A stretch of 64,000 nt of DNA from positions 1,240,001 to 1,304,000 of the forward strand of contig CM068775.1 in NCBI GenBank assembly GCA_035084275.1, written 5' to 3'. Source of the stretch: Hydrolagus colliei. Its lineage: Eukaryota. How positions within the stretch are numbered: position 1 is the stretch's first letter; each line of letters begins with the position of its first letter. This document shows, piece after piece, positions 49,760 to 63,191 of this stretch. The notes under the pieces are model-generated. The model saw only the letters and a list, made by a program, of their open reading frames with translations, was not told the origin of the DNA and made no database searches. Both the position numbers and the translations under genes were made by a program.

Positions 49760-51440
49760 ATTACACATATAGAGCACGTTTCAGATTGGGAGGATGTCCC
49801 AAGGTGCCGATCAGTCAGGTCAGGATCCAAGTAAGGGAGTGGGGCAGGGTAGGGGTTTGGGCTTTAGAGTGTTAGGAGGGGAGGGAGAGATTTGGGAGAG
49901 CAGCAGAGGCATGGTCGAAGAAGACTAGCCTTGAATACCGGTGTTGAAGGAAGCAAGGGAGGAATCCAGGTGCAGGGAATGTGGGATGGAGTTCCAGAGT
50001 GTGTGGGCAGAGATATTGAAAGCCCATCTGCCAATGGTAGGACAAGTCAGGTGGGTGACATGGAGATGACCACAGACCACTGAATAGGGCGATCTGGCAG
50101 GTTCATAAGCGGACAGAAAGTTGGAGAGATAGGAGGGGGCCAGGTAATGAATGGCCTTAGAAGTGTGGAGGAGAATCTTGAATTTTATCCTCTGGGGATG
50201 TTGAAGCAATGGAGCCGGGCAAGGGTGGGAGTGATGTTATCACAGAGCTTTGTGTAGGAGACGGCATGAACCACAGAGATCTGGATGTTCCGCAGATTGT
50301 GAAAGGAAGAGCCAGAAACGACAGTGAGGAGGGAGTTTGCATAGTCGTGCCTTGATGTGATGAATGTGTGGACAATGGGTTTGGTAACCTGAGGGGTGAG
50401 GCAGTGCTGCCATCTGGCAATGTTTCAGTGTTGTTGATGTGGGGGAGGAAGGACAATTAAGGGTAGAACTAGACACCCAGGCTTGCGTGACTTTGAGAGA
50501 TGGAGAGTGCAGCCTTGGAAACCGATGCTGCCAGTGCCTGAGTTGTGGAGTTGCTGACATGATCCAATAAGGAGGATATAGGTGCATCACATCATGGGAA
50601 GATTTCATGGTGTGATAGTGGCTGTTATGAAGAGAATGGGAACTATCCGGATGAAAAGTACAGGTTGACTGTGTCGGCAAGTAGTAGCGTAAGGAGGCGG
50701 AGCTGGGTGGTAAGGAGTCGAGTCGGGATGGGATCCAGAGAGCAGATGGTGGACATCATGGAACATACGGTTGTGATGACAAAGGATGGGGAGACACGTT
50801 CTCCCCATACTCATCCATTCTGAAGGTACAAAAGTCGGGATCAATGAGTCAATGAATGAACGAACGAACAAATGAACGAACGGACGGACCGACCGACCGA
50901 CCGACCAACCAACCAATCAAGACTTACATTTATATCATGCCTTTCATGTCAAGAGGACGGCCCAAGGCACTGTACAGTTCGGTAGGGACAAGAGCATAGA
51001 GGGAGGGATCGGGCAGGATGAAGACGAGTAGGAAAATTAACTGTTTATTTGTGGGAAAAACGCAGCAGCCAAATTGCACAGAGTAGGGATAGGTAGATGT
51101 TGGGGTGTGGGAGGGTGGTGTGTGGGGGCAAAAGTTCTAAGGGTGGTGACAGCTAAGTGGATTCCCTCGATTTTGGACTCAAGGTCATCCAGCATCTCCT
51201 CACAGTGGAAGTTGGAGGAGAGGATCTGAGAGGTGGACGGGGAAGGGTGGAGGAACTGGTTTGTTGAGGAGAATAGGAACTTTTGGTTGTCCTGGATTAT
51301 CCTGGAGTAGAAGTACAATTTGCTGGAGACCAGAGCAGAGAGGTAGTTTTTGATGTGCCAGATATGCCAGTGGACCATTAGAGCAGATTTGAACCAGGTA
51401 AGTTCAGCGCTCGACACCTGATCTTTGAGTAACTGGAGGT
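49760..51440 (-). mobile_element. L2-clade LINE fragments in the GPCR3 intron
   Basis: HPQRIKFKILLHTSKAIH...WAFNISAHTLWNSIP; (AAC)n tail at about 49740-49755. Confidence 0.7.
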
Positions 51441-51530
51441 GGCTGGTGATCGAGGGTAAGGTTCGAGAGTAACAGTTTGGAAAGAATCAGGAGAAATAAT
51501 TTTGCTGATTGTTTAATGCAGGCTACCTTA

Positions 51531-54180
51531 CAAGGCCGTACGCAGGGGGGGTGCGACGGGTGCGTACGCACCCCCCCCCCCCCCAAATTATAAAAGGTCC
51601 ACATTTTCCGGGGTAGAGAATTGCATTTTTTTAAATCAAATTTAAATACCAAGTAAATTTATTGAACATTTGTGCAACAATCAGTTCTTCAAAACTATGT
51701 ATAAATTATAAATACACATCTTTGAATGATTTAGTATTAATATAAAATTATCGAGTCGCACACCAGAATCGGCGTCTACCCCAAAACATACCGCGTCGAT
51801 ACACCAGTCCATGACGCGGCGAGTCTGTGACTCGTGATTGGATAAACAATAGGCGCCAAGACTCAAATCCTCGTTTGGAAATCATCCCGTAAACAGCCAC
51901 AAGGGGCAGCACCAATTCTGGAGTTAAAATCATCTTTTCATCTGATCACCGTAAGTAAAAATGACTCAAGTTTTGAGAGGTGTGACTGTAATGCCGGCAA
52001 ACAATGACAACATATTTACAAGATTCTGAGAAATTAAAGCTTTTGAGAACCCAACAAAAAAGTTATATGTGTCTGGACGGGAATGCCTATCTTTAAAAGA
52101 AATACTCATGGACGTAGACCTAATGCTTTAGCGCCTATTCCACGTGGTGTGTCAATCGGAAATCATCCCGTATACAGTCACTACATAAAAAGGTAGCACC
52201 ACTTTGTGGAAGCTGAAATCGTATTTTAATCTGATAATGTTAGCAATTGATAATAGTGCCTTAGTACATTGTCAGACAGCTCAGAGGCTTCACAGAACGT
52301 ACTGTAAAGTGGCCAGTTTTTGCCCAGGATTGTCCCACAAACACCGATGGAGTGAGTCACCGATTTTATTTGGGGGCGTTTGTTGGCCAGGACAACAGGA
52401 GAGAGACTTCCCTCCGCTTTTCGAGTAGTGTCAGAGGATCTTTTCACATCCATCTAAACAGACGGATCAGACCTCGGTTCAGCATCTCAACCAAAAGAAC
52501 AGCCTCTAACCCCCCCCCCCCCCCCCCCCCCCCACAGCACCACATTGAAGTGTCAGCTTCCTCTGTGTGATACCGAGTGCCGACGTGGGGTTTGAACCCA
52601 CAACTTTCTGACTCAGAGGCCAGAGTGCTATTCACTGTGCCAGGCGACTCGCCAGGTGATGCTGCTGTCTTCTATCACCTGTGGGAAACTTTCTTTCCCT
52701 CCTACTCAGTGCCTCTGAATCTGAAGACATTCCCAAGGTCGAGGTTGCATATCTGACTGATTGACAACTGAGATTTATTTTCAGGGTTTGTGGGCAGTGT
52801 CACGTAATTGGCTATAACTTAAAGGATTGTTAACCTGCACCTGTTAGAGTTGAGGTCCCCAGAACTGCTGCCTCACACCAGCGGGATATAAAGGACAGGT
52901 GCAGTCGAGTCTGCAAAGCAACAGCTCTTCCTACACAAATCTCTTCAACGTGACTCCTCTGAAAGTCACTCTTTCTCTCTTTGAATAATAATATAATCCG
53001 TGCATTTCATGTAGCGAGGTAGGTTAGGGTCGGTCTACCTCGTGTTCTGTGACCGTGCAATGGTTCCCATAGGATAGTAGCACTATGGACAGTTTCCTCC
53101 CGGCTTCTCCAGCTATGTCCGCTAAACCTAAGACGCCTCTGCAGTAATGTCTGTGATACCAGTGTGGTGGTGTACCATATAGCTCACTATTTGTCAGATG
53201 CTGTCGCCAGTAAACGTTCAGGGCGTCTCTTAGAAGCCTGGTATATACCTCACGAGTCACCTAATCTCCTGGGTTTGCCTAAGTGTCCAGCATTCTGCTC
53301 CGTATAGGAGCGACTTTCAGCCCTCGCGTTAATGCACATTCATTATAATATGGTAATCGATATTGGTAGAGCGGTTGACGTATTGGCTTCAAAGCGACCG
53401 AGGCGTCTCGAATACGGAACGCTATTAAAGAATTAATTTCCCCTCCCTTATTTTTTCAAGTATTTTTTCGTCAGATCAGTATTGCTCGATGCCTTTCATT
53501 TTGATTCTAAATAAATAAATAAAAACTAACTACACTATTGCTCACAGTTCAACGATATTTTCAGGATAATGCTGATAACAGGCTTGTAACACGTGTGAAT
53601 TAACTGTTTGACACTGATTTTCAGTTTCTGTATATTTTCTTGTCTTTTATAAAATTTGCTTTGCTGGAATATCTGAGCACATCATTCATACGTTACTCTT
53701 ACATTATTGTTCATTACAGTCCGAAAGAAATTTAGTCTTAGGATAACAATGCAGAACAACTTATTAATTACCGTCAATCTGTAGTTTATGATCATTTTCT
53801 CTATACGCATACATTTATCAAGCATTCGTCATTGTACTGTGTTAATTGGATTGTAATTTACTTTATCGTTCGCATTCCTTACATCATCGAGTCAACAATC
53901 GTGTTGGCTTTTATCGGCGAACACATTCTACCTTCCCAATTAGACGGACTACCGGGGAAAATATAAACACTGAATAAATAATGATGCTCTTAAACACCAA
54001 GGGCATGAAACATTTACCGTTCATATTGGATCTTCTGAATCGATTAAATAAGACCTCAAACTGTGCAAAACGTCGGAGACCTCGAGGGGGCCTCGGGGGC
54101 AGCCCCCAAGCCCCCGGCCATTGATGGTCCCATCACTAGCAATTCGCACCCCCCCATTAAACATCCTGCGTACGGCCCTA
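51531..54180 (-). mobile_element. Non-autonomous hAT-like DNA transposon, copy 2, in the GPCR3 intron
   Basis: Reverse complement of 5364-8006. Flanked by the duplicated target CTACCTTA (51523-51530 and 54178-54185); the empty site GGCTACCTTACAACAAGG is at 15390-15407. Confidence 0.9.
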
Positions 54181-54366
54181 CCTTACAACAAGGCCACAAT
54201 TCGAACCTGTATGAAAGGTTTGCTAAAAGTTTGAGATATGGACGATGTTCGCTAGGAATTGAATCAACTCAAAGAATAAACAACCAAATATGACACACCC
54301 GTAAGCTCCTCATCTCACACCTGTATTCATGTGAATAATTTTTCCTATTTTCTTTCCTTCACACAG

Positions 54367-55298
54367 TTAATTTGCTGGCGATTGTGATCCTGTCAAGAGG
54401 AAAGTGTGGTCTTTCAAAATGCGTCACTCGCTATCTGGTGTCCATGGCAGGCACGGATCTCGTGGTTGTCCTTGTGGATGTTTTGTTAAACAATATTAAC
54501 AATCTGTATTTCCCATTAAATTTCTTATTCTACACTCCATTATGCAGTGTTAGACTTGTCTTTGTGGCTGCAGCAATGCTCATGTCTTTGTGGTTCACTG
54601 TTGCTTTCAGTTTTGACCGATTTGTCGCCATTTGCTGCCAAAAGATGAAACCAACATATTGCACGGAGAGAACAGCCACAGTGGTTATTGTAACTCTGTG
54701 TGTAATTTGCTGCTCAGTCAGCATTCCCTGTTACTTTTTATTTGCTCCAAAGTTGATAATTAACAATACCCCGTGGTACTGTATCTTCAAACCAAACTTT
54801 TATACTTTGCTAACCTGGAAATTATACGAAAGGTTTATCCGTGTTTGTAATCCACTGTTTGTGTTTGCTTTGATTTGCCTTTTCAACACTATGATTATCA
54901 GACACATTCTGATGGCCAGCAAAGTCCGCAGGAGGCTTCGGGGTCAGAGAAATGCGGAGAAAACAATTGATCCCGAGTTGGAAAACCGAAGAAAATCCAT
55001 AATTTTACTGTTCGCCATATCAGGCAGTTTTATAGTTTTGTGGACAACTTATGTTGTGCATTCTGTCATATGGCAACTTTCCAATTATAGTTATAGCGAA
55101 ACATTGGTCAATAACACCCAATATATTGTCCAAGAAACTGGAAACATGCTGCAAATGTTGAATTGCTGTGCAAACACCTGTATATATGCTTTAACTCAGA
55201 CTATGTTCAGAGATGAGTTTAAGAAAGGATTAGTTTATCCCTTTCATATCATTGCTAAATTAATGATAAAACAGCAGGAAAAAACGGTAGGAAAGTAA
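54367..55298 (+). CDS. GPCR gene 3, exon 2; class A 7TM receptor, GPR139/142-like; spliced product about 333 aa
   Basis: Acceptor TTCACACAG|TT; intact ORF with FDRF and NTCIY. Confidence 0.92.
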
Positions 55299-55859
55299 TT
55301 GGCGACAAACACGGTTCAACTTCACCTACATTGGTGACTATCTTCACAAACAGGGAAACTTTCCAACATTACTGTAAGCTCTGTAGGTAATGTATTAAAT
55401 TAATGTATCAATTATATTAACAATAGATATTTGAGATATGTGATTGGTCGGTCGCTTCTGTTGGGATCCGGTACAAGTGTAGTTTTGTTGTTGTTGTTGT
55501 GACTGGCTTCACAATGATGGGAGCTGGTTGTGACCGGCTTCGCAGAAGAGACAACAAACTGGTTAAGGTTGACAAACCATTTCATTATCGGTGTGTTTCC
55601 CATGGAGAGGTGGTCTGTAGGTGGAGAGACAGCTGAGCAACATTTGGTTTTGCAGAGGAACACTCTTGCAAAAGAAACTGGGTGAAAATATCACGTGATG
55701 AACATAAAAGGGGGGATCGATTTGAGGATCAAAGAAGAAAGAAAAGAAGATTGTGGAACTTGGAGTCGCCATATTGCAGCTTCTGAACAAGGAACAGTCA
55801 AGACTAAGTCTTACACAACTGTCAACACCTTTACTGGTGCTCTCAATCTATGTAACTGT

Positions 55860-56480
55860 AGAGAATCATAGAATCATAGAAATATACGGCACAAAAGGAG
55901 GCCATTCGGCCCATCTAATCTGTGCCAGCTCTTTGAACAGAGCAACTCAATCACACTGCCTAGCAGTCATTCCATAACCTAACAGACATGCTCTTCCTAA
56001 ATCGAGATCTAATTCTCTTTTAAAAGCTGTTGTGGAATCTGTCTCCACCACATTTTCAGGCAATGCATTCCAGATTCGAACAACCAGCAAAAAATTCTCC
56101 TCAGTTCCCCTCTGCTTCGTTTTGAAACTATTTTAAATCTGTGACCACCAGTCACTGATTCACCCACAATGGAAACTGTCTTTCCCCATTCACCCTGTCG
56201 AAACCTCTCATAATCTTATAAACCTCTATCACATCTCCTCTCAATCTTCTTTGTTCTAGAGAGAATAAGCCTAGCCTTTCCTCATAGCTAAAGTCCCTCA
56301 TTCCTGGTACCTTACTAATACATCTCCTCTGCACTCTTTCCAATGCCTTAATATCCTTCCTAAAGTGTGGTGACCAGAATTGTACACAGTACTCCAGCTG
56401 ATGCCTAACCAAGTCTTACAGAGGTTAATCAGAACTTCCTGACTTTTGTATTCTATATCCATATTAATAAAGCCTAGTAT
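55860..56480 (-). mobile_element. CR1 LINE 3' fragment
   Basis: [26 protein letters not shown]; AGAATCAT tail. Confidence 0.9.
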
Positions 56481-56859
56481 CCCATATGCTGTACTGTGCT
56501 GTACTGGGATATTGTTTTGCTGTTTGAAAGGGCTGCTGTGTCTGAATACCTCAATACCTTTTGGTGGACATTAAATTAAACATAAATTTGACATTATTCC
56601 TCCTTCTCTTTGGCAACATTGGTTGGGTCAACTTAAATCCTTGTGAGCTGTGGGTCATTACGAAAGCATTGTTGTGATGCATACTTTTAATTAGTTATAA
56701 ATATTACTAATCTGAATTCACGTTCATGTTTTTTTGTACTCTTGTGTCATTCTGTATTTCACCAGCACATCACAAGACTAACTAACCCTTAAATTATGAA
56801 GAGATATCAATGATGTACTGTTTCCTTACAAATGTAGTAACAGTGACAACAAGATTAAA

Positions 56860-58360
56860 TTGATAGAGCGCCGTTCATGTCGGAAGGACGTCACAAGGCA
56901 CTGAACAGTCAGCATTCGGGAACCAAGCAAAAGGGAGGGGTGGGATAGAGGCAAGAGGAGGCAGAGAATTGGGAGCACAGCTGGAGGTACAGAGTGTGGG
57001 ATGTGTGAGACAGGGTGGCTGCAGTCGGACAGCCGGTGGCATCTGCCATGGTGAGCGCAATGGAGAATTTGAAGATTGGGTCAGAGGAAGGCTGTGGAAA
57101 GGTCAAGCAATAATAGAAATCAGAGCAGTTGGAGGGAGGGGAGGTTTGATTGGGAATAGTGGAGTGTGGGGGACAGGCACAAGAGCATTTTGGGGAAGCA
57201 GTGCTATGACTAGGATCAGACAGTGTTGGAGGGTGGGGGAGAGGTGGGCGATGGTTGTCAGTGAGGCAGGGTTTGCCCTCTGGGCTGGTGTGGATCATAA
57301 CGGCTGTTTTCGCAGTGAGTCCAGGGCTGGGAAATTCTAATGAAGTGGGTGTGATGACATCACACGGCTGCCGGTTTCCGGTTGGTTGAGGCCTCGGTGA
57401 GTCAGTGATCTTGGTGATGGTGCTTCAGACCAGCTGAGGTGAATCCCTGGTCATCTTTGCGGCCTCAGGCCTCAAGTTGGTTCTTGTGGCAATTGAGGTT
57501 GAAATCCACATCGATAAAGTGGCCAAAGCCTCGGGTCAGCCTGTCCATAGGTCCTCCTTGCCTGTGAGAAGCTCCAGGAGCTGGTTCTGATCATGATTCA
57601 GGTCCTGCTCGACTGTGACCATGGAATTCTCTACCACAGGAGGCTGTGGATGCTCAATCCTTGAATATATTGAAGATTGAGATTGATAGATTTGTAAAGG
57701 ATAGAGGGATTTAGGGATATCAGGATAGGTATGGTAAAGGGAATTGGGTTAGTAGATCAGCCATGATCTTATTATGTAGTAAAACAGTCTTGAGGGGCTG
57801 AGTAGCCTACACCTGGTCTTATTTCTTATGTTATTATTTTCATGTTTGGTGTTTTTTACTGAAGTTACACCCGCACCAAGATCCACGACCACATCACCTC
57901 GCCCGGATCCATTGGCTCCCCATCCCCCAGAGGATCTAGTTCAAGTTCCTCAGCCTCAATTTCAAGGCCATTCATGGACTTTCCCCTCCTATCTTTGTGA
58001 CATACTATGAATCTGCCCTCCCCTACTTTCAGCGGGCTCCAGCCTGCTCCATATCCCTCACCTGTCATGCTCTACCATTGGTGGTTGGCCTTAAAGCCTC
58101 TCTCCCCCCTCACTCTGGAACCCATTCCCAGAGTCCGTTCAACTCGCTCCCTCGCACACCTCCTTCAAGGCCGATCTCAAGCCTGTCCACTGAATGTGTC
58201 TTCTGCTGCCCTCCCAACTCTATCCCACCCCTCCTAACTCTCTCCCTCCTGTCTTAACTCTCTCCTGTCCCTTTGAACTCAGTCCAGACCCTTCCCACTA
58301 CATTGGCTCAGGTCCTGACCCTGACTGTTCAGCCCCTTGGGACGTCCTCCCGATATGAAA
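56860..58360. mobile_element. Mixed L2/CR1 fragments
   Basis: L2-type 3' ends at about 56860 (minus) and 58350 (plus); CR1 3' piece at about 57640-57830. Confidence 0.55.
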
Positions 58361-61300
58361 TGTTCTCTATAATGTCACTTTGTTGTTGTGGTGGCCGCCC
58401 AGTAAAAGTGTGTCTGTGACACCGGGCATCACAGAGCACATACTGTGGGCACACACTGCAGTTACACCTGGTGGCCACACCCGCTGACTGTGGCGCTGTG
58501 GCGTCCTGCACAGAGAAATCTCAACAGTGACAACAACAACAAAATGACATGTTTAAAGCACAGAGTCCTCCCACAGGAGCCCTCCCAATGGTCATTGTGT
58601 ATCAAGACTGAGATTGATAGATTTGTAAAGGAGAGAGGAATTCAGACACAATGGGCTGAATGGCCTCCTCCAGTGCTGTATAATTCTATGATTGAACACA
58701 TTTTATCTATTAATTTTACTTTTTATTCCACCATTACTAATTTACCAATCACCGTCAGTTGAGATGACCTGACAGCTGCTGTTGTTGCTGTTGGAGTGAA
58801 GGCCAATAATGTATGAAAGGTCAGGCTGTGGGCTCTGTGGTGTGAGGGCAGGAAGCTGATCACTGATTGACTGCAGACAATCACAGCTGCTTCCTGACAA
58901 TTGTGCTGTGAGTTTCTGCCCCACCTGAAGACAGCTTGACTCATCCTGTGTATTTCCAGCAAGAAGTCTTTAGATACAAACAGCAGCATCTTGTGTAGGG
59001 TTTTGCAAATGAGCTGATCTGCAACTTAAACATCTGTTCCATAACATCTGTAGACTCCTCTGAATTTCCTGTCAACTCAAAGTCTTGAATTGTAAGTATG
59101 AAAAATAAACCCCAAACAATATGTAAATACTTCCATATTTCTCTTGGTTGATATGTAAAGCCAGCATCTCTTATTGATATTTTAAAAGCTAAAAATACTA
59201 AAGGCGAAACAAAAAATGTGTTGACAGGCACATTCAGGCGATAAAAAATCATATCACAAGCTCAGTGTAGGATGTGCTGCATGTTATTTTCTGGGTATTT
59301 AGTCTGTACATCTGTGCCACATTACACCAGCGATACACTGGAAAATATTAACTGGCCACTGTTCAGATACGCTATCACTTGATGCCACTGTCAGAATGCA
59401 ACTCTTTGCAATCACACTTTTTATGGAGTGAACAGACTCAGGAGGCCGTAGACAGAGTTATTTTGTGAGGTATTATTATCAAGCGTGTGGAGGAAGGAAT
59501 CTTGTCTAACGTTTTGCACTGACTTGAATGAAACCCAGGTTTGTGGACTTCCAGACTGTGTCTCAAGGAATATACTGTAAACTGGATTGACTCCATATTT
59601 GTCAGCGAAACGCGGCAGCCAATTGCAAACAGCAGTATCCCAAAATAGTCTTGGATTGAAATGACCAATTTATTTTTCGGTTTCTTTGGGATGCATTATG
59701 TGGATTAAGGAAACTTGCCCAAGCCATCACCGTGCCTGGAATTGAAACATAGGTCACTCGTTTGAAAGTCGAGGGCTCTAACTATTGAGCTACAGGACTC
59801 CACTGTAATTAGTTTCCTGACGTGTGGGATTGATGTTGTGCTCTGACAGGTTTGCTGTAAGATAGGAGGCCTTGTAGATCTTGTACAGGTTCCAGATCCA
59901 GTGCCCAAAGCAGAATTCAGGAATCAGTGGTGGATCCTCATGTCTCAGTGTGGAGTCCTATAGCTCAGGGGTACACACTCAACTGCACTCATCTCGCAAG
60001 CCAGTGACCAAGGTTTGATTCCTGGTAGTGCAAAAACCTTGGGCAAGTTTTCTTACTCCACACGTCTGGTAATAATCCATCAAGATAATAAAATAATAAT
60101 AAATGACTGAAACCATTTCTGATTCAAGCCTCAAGTTATTTCTTCCCAGTTTCCTTCTCCCCCTTGTCCTGAAGGAGTGTGGCTGGTCTGACATTACACT
60201 GGGCTCCCACTGCACCAGCAGCCCTCCCCACCTGGCTTCTCACCCCAAGAGAACATTTCATGTCTGGCTTGAAATCATGAGCCGCCACATCAAACCGTTC
60301 ACCACCATTGCACTATTTCATAACCAATCAAGCTTGTGATTACAGTAAATGCAGCGCCTGAGAATAGAGAGGTTTATTATTATAAGTGGACTGAAGGCTG
60401 AATTCATTCCCATTATCTTCCAATCCAGAGATAAATACCGTGGGCATGGTTGACACTGACACAGACAACAAGATAAACCTCCTCAATGGTAAGAGAACAG
60501 AGAGTGAAGTAGGAGTAAATGGAAAACACATTGAGAAGTGATCAAATAGAAACAACAAGATTAAAATTGCCAGGAACATAACAAGTTTATTTTAATATAA
60601 ATATTAAAAAATCATACAATTATAATTTTTTTAACATTAATATATCCACATCAAAATGCCAGTAGAGGTAACAAGAGGATTCACACCTTCATTCCCATAT
60701 GTGATGTGAAATCAGGATTGGAAGAGCAGTAAACAGGGGATAATCTACAGATCAGAACATCGCTAAACCACAGGAAATAATACATATTTTAATTAAGTCA
60801 CAATATTAATTATTGCTCACAAAATACACAGTCACTACCTTTACAATTCATTCTGTGATGTTCCTTGAGATGATTCATCAATGTAATGAGGTATTGTTTC
60901 AAATGCAAGGTTTATGATATTAACAATTATTATTATAAGAATAAGAATTGCAGCACGTCAAAATACCACGGTCCATCTGGATTGCCTTCCACCATCCTGG
61001 CTGTCACACACACATGCCATGTCCTAAACAATACACACAATCAATATATCTTATTGATTTGGTAAAACAATCTGCTTCCACCATCTACTTAACTTTAACA
61101 GTAGCTCAGTGAAATTGTGTTCCCACAGATATGTGTTGGACTTATTGCTCTACTACACAAAGACACAAGCATAGACACACACACAGTCACTCACTAGCAT
61201 AGAAATACACACAAACAAATACACACACATACGTTAAACAAAACAATCCACAAGGCTTCAGGGTCAGTGCTGGGGCTAATACTATTGACACTTATGAATT

Positions 61301-61555
61301 TGAATTCATATTCAAAAATGAAGTTGCTGTCAATGCCGAATGTAAAGGGCACAATTATTGATCTGTGCAGGTCAGAGGGAATGTGAGGCGTGACTCCCCT
61401 CAGTCCTGTAGCTATTGGTCCATTCTCCAAACACCTGGCCCCACTGCCCCTTGTTAAATAGCGGTCACTGGGGACTGAGGCCATCTGTCCATCCGGCAGA
61501 TCTTTGTCCCTCGGTTATTGGGCTCAAGAGTCAGTTCTGACAATTGCCCAGAAAC

Positions 61556-62714
61556 ATGAGGTCCCTGATATCTCTCAGTCTGTTGCTGGCTCTCTTCTCG
61601 CGTTGAGAAGTCAGCTCGTCTGACTTGTACACATAATAGTTATCTGCAAACCTGCACTATGCTTTCCTTAACCTTTGGTCAGCACTCATGAGCCTGTTTA
61701 GCAATAAGAGGAAAACAGGAGCGATGTTATGACTTTTAAGACATACCATGGTTTTGTGTTATTGTGTCTGGCGGACATACCATTGTTCGGTTGTTTGTGT
61801 AAACTGACGCCTATACTGCCTTGTTGTTGCATAGAAAGCTCTAGGCTTGTTTATCATATTTTACTACAAGGTTATGATGTTATTGTAAGCTCCAGGCTTC
61901 GAGGCTTCGAGGCCTATCTTGTTATTAGAAAGCTCTAGGCATATCTTATTATTGTACGCTATAGCTGGCTTATGTCTCATTGACTACAAGGCTACGATGT
62001 TTTTATGATGCAGTTGCAAGACCATGTTGTTTATAGCCCGGCATGAGTCATGTGGCGAAAAATGTATAACTACCCATGTAAAGGTTGCTCTGTGTGTGCA
62101 CTTGGAGTAGACGGACGACAGTCTGTACCTAAGGTGTACACCGCTTTGCAAACGCTTAATAAACGTTGTTGAACTACACACCCGAGTCACATATTTGTGA
62201 ACAGAACCACCAACCAAGGTACTGAAACGAACCAGTTTCACACCGTGAGTTCTATTATTGGGACAAGTCTGACTGTGTGTGTGTGTGGCTGTGATTCTCT
62301 CTGCAATGTCACAGAGCCGGGATATCTCACAATAATTAATCTTTGGTCATTTGTTCTTTACAGGTGTCCAGGCCGATGTGGTGCTGACACAGCCGTCGTC
62401 TCTAACCGGGAAGCCTGGCCAGGCCCTGAGACTCACCTGTAGAACCAGCGGGTTTGATCTCAGCAAATATGGCATGAACTGGGTCTGGCAGGTTCCTGGG
62501 AAGTGGCTGGAATGGCTGCTCTACATTTCGTACACATCTGCGTCCAACAGTCGTTACACACCTGACATTCAAAGCCGTGTCACTGTTAACAGTAATAATT
62601 CCAATAACATCATCGATCTGAACATCAAAAGTCCAACAGTTCACAACACCGCCATCTCTTACTGTGCAAGTGACTCGCAGTGAGAGGCAACTGGGCTGGT
62701 CTCCTACAAATACA
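61556..62714 (+). pseudogene. IGHV: IgH V gene C: leader 61556-61601, V exon 62364-62675 (open frame), 23-RSS 62676-62714; probably non-functional
   Basis: Both Cys and the FR2 Trp are present, but the leader donor is split by an LTR, the heptamer is CGCAGTG, and WVWQ, KWLEW, NTAISYC deviate from consensus; nonamer ACAAATACA at 62706-62714. Confidence 0.93.
61604..62242 (+). mobile_element. Solo LTR (639 bp) inserted in the V-C leader splice donor
   Basis: TG...CA ends; 4-bp TSD GCGT (61600-61603) / CCGT (62243-62246); AATAAA at 62158; internal imperfect repeats. Absent from V-A and V-B. Confidence 0.85.
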
Positions 62715-63124
62715 CGAGGGGAGGAAAGGCAGCCCCTCCCACCCTAAACTGAAGGGCAGTTATGGTGTCAATGCTGTGTCTGTAGCAAAGATTAAAGGAA
62801 AAGCTTAGAATGGATTCCTTATCATTCCAAACCAATACAGTGAACGGTGGTTTGATGGGGGGTGAATGAGCTGCTTATTTGTGCTGTAATATTCTGTGAT
62901 TTCAGCTGGTATGTGACACTGTGCTGTTTGAGGCGGGAAGCATTGCGATTGGAGACTGACTAGATGACAGTTCACAAATATCCTCTTATTACCAGCCGTT
63001 GGACATATTTGTTTTCTGTTTCTGTGGCTGTGAAGAAAGTGTTAGACAGACGCTGTGCCATGCCACAGGAAAATAGTCCATTTCAGTGAATGTTGGCAGC
63101 CAGTATAGAGCAGACACTGAGGTC

Positions 63125-63191
63125 AGTATGTGTATGGGACTGTGTCACTGTGTATACGGGGCTCACAGCATTAACTGTCAATACAAAAACC
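63125..63191 (+). other. IGHD: IgH D segment (63153-63163) with 12/12 RSS, cluster 2
   Basis: Identical to 8031-8097. Confidence 0.92.

Noticed and set aside
62890-62990. Possible D1 segment (CACTGTG...CATTGCG...ACAAATATC)
   Set aside because: The 3' spacer would be 26 nt and the 5' nonamer is not consensus; at most a decayed relic.
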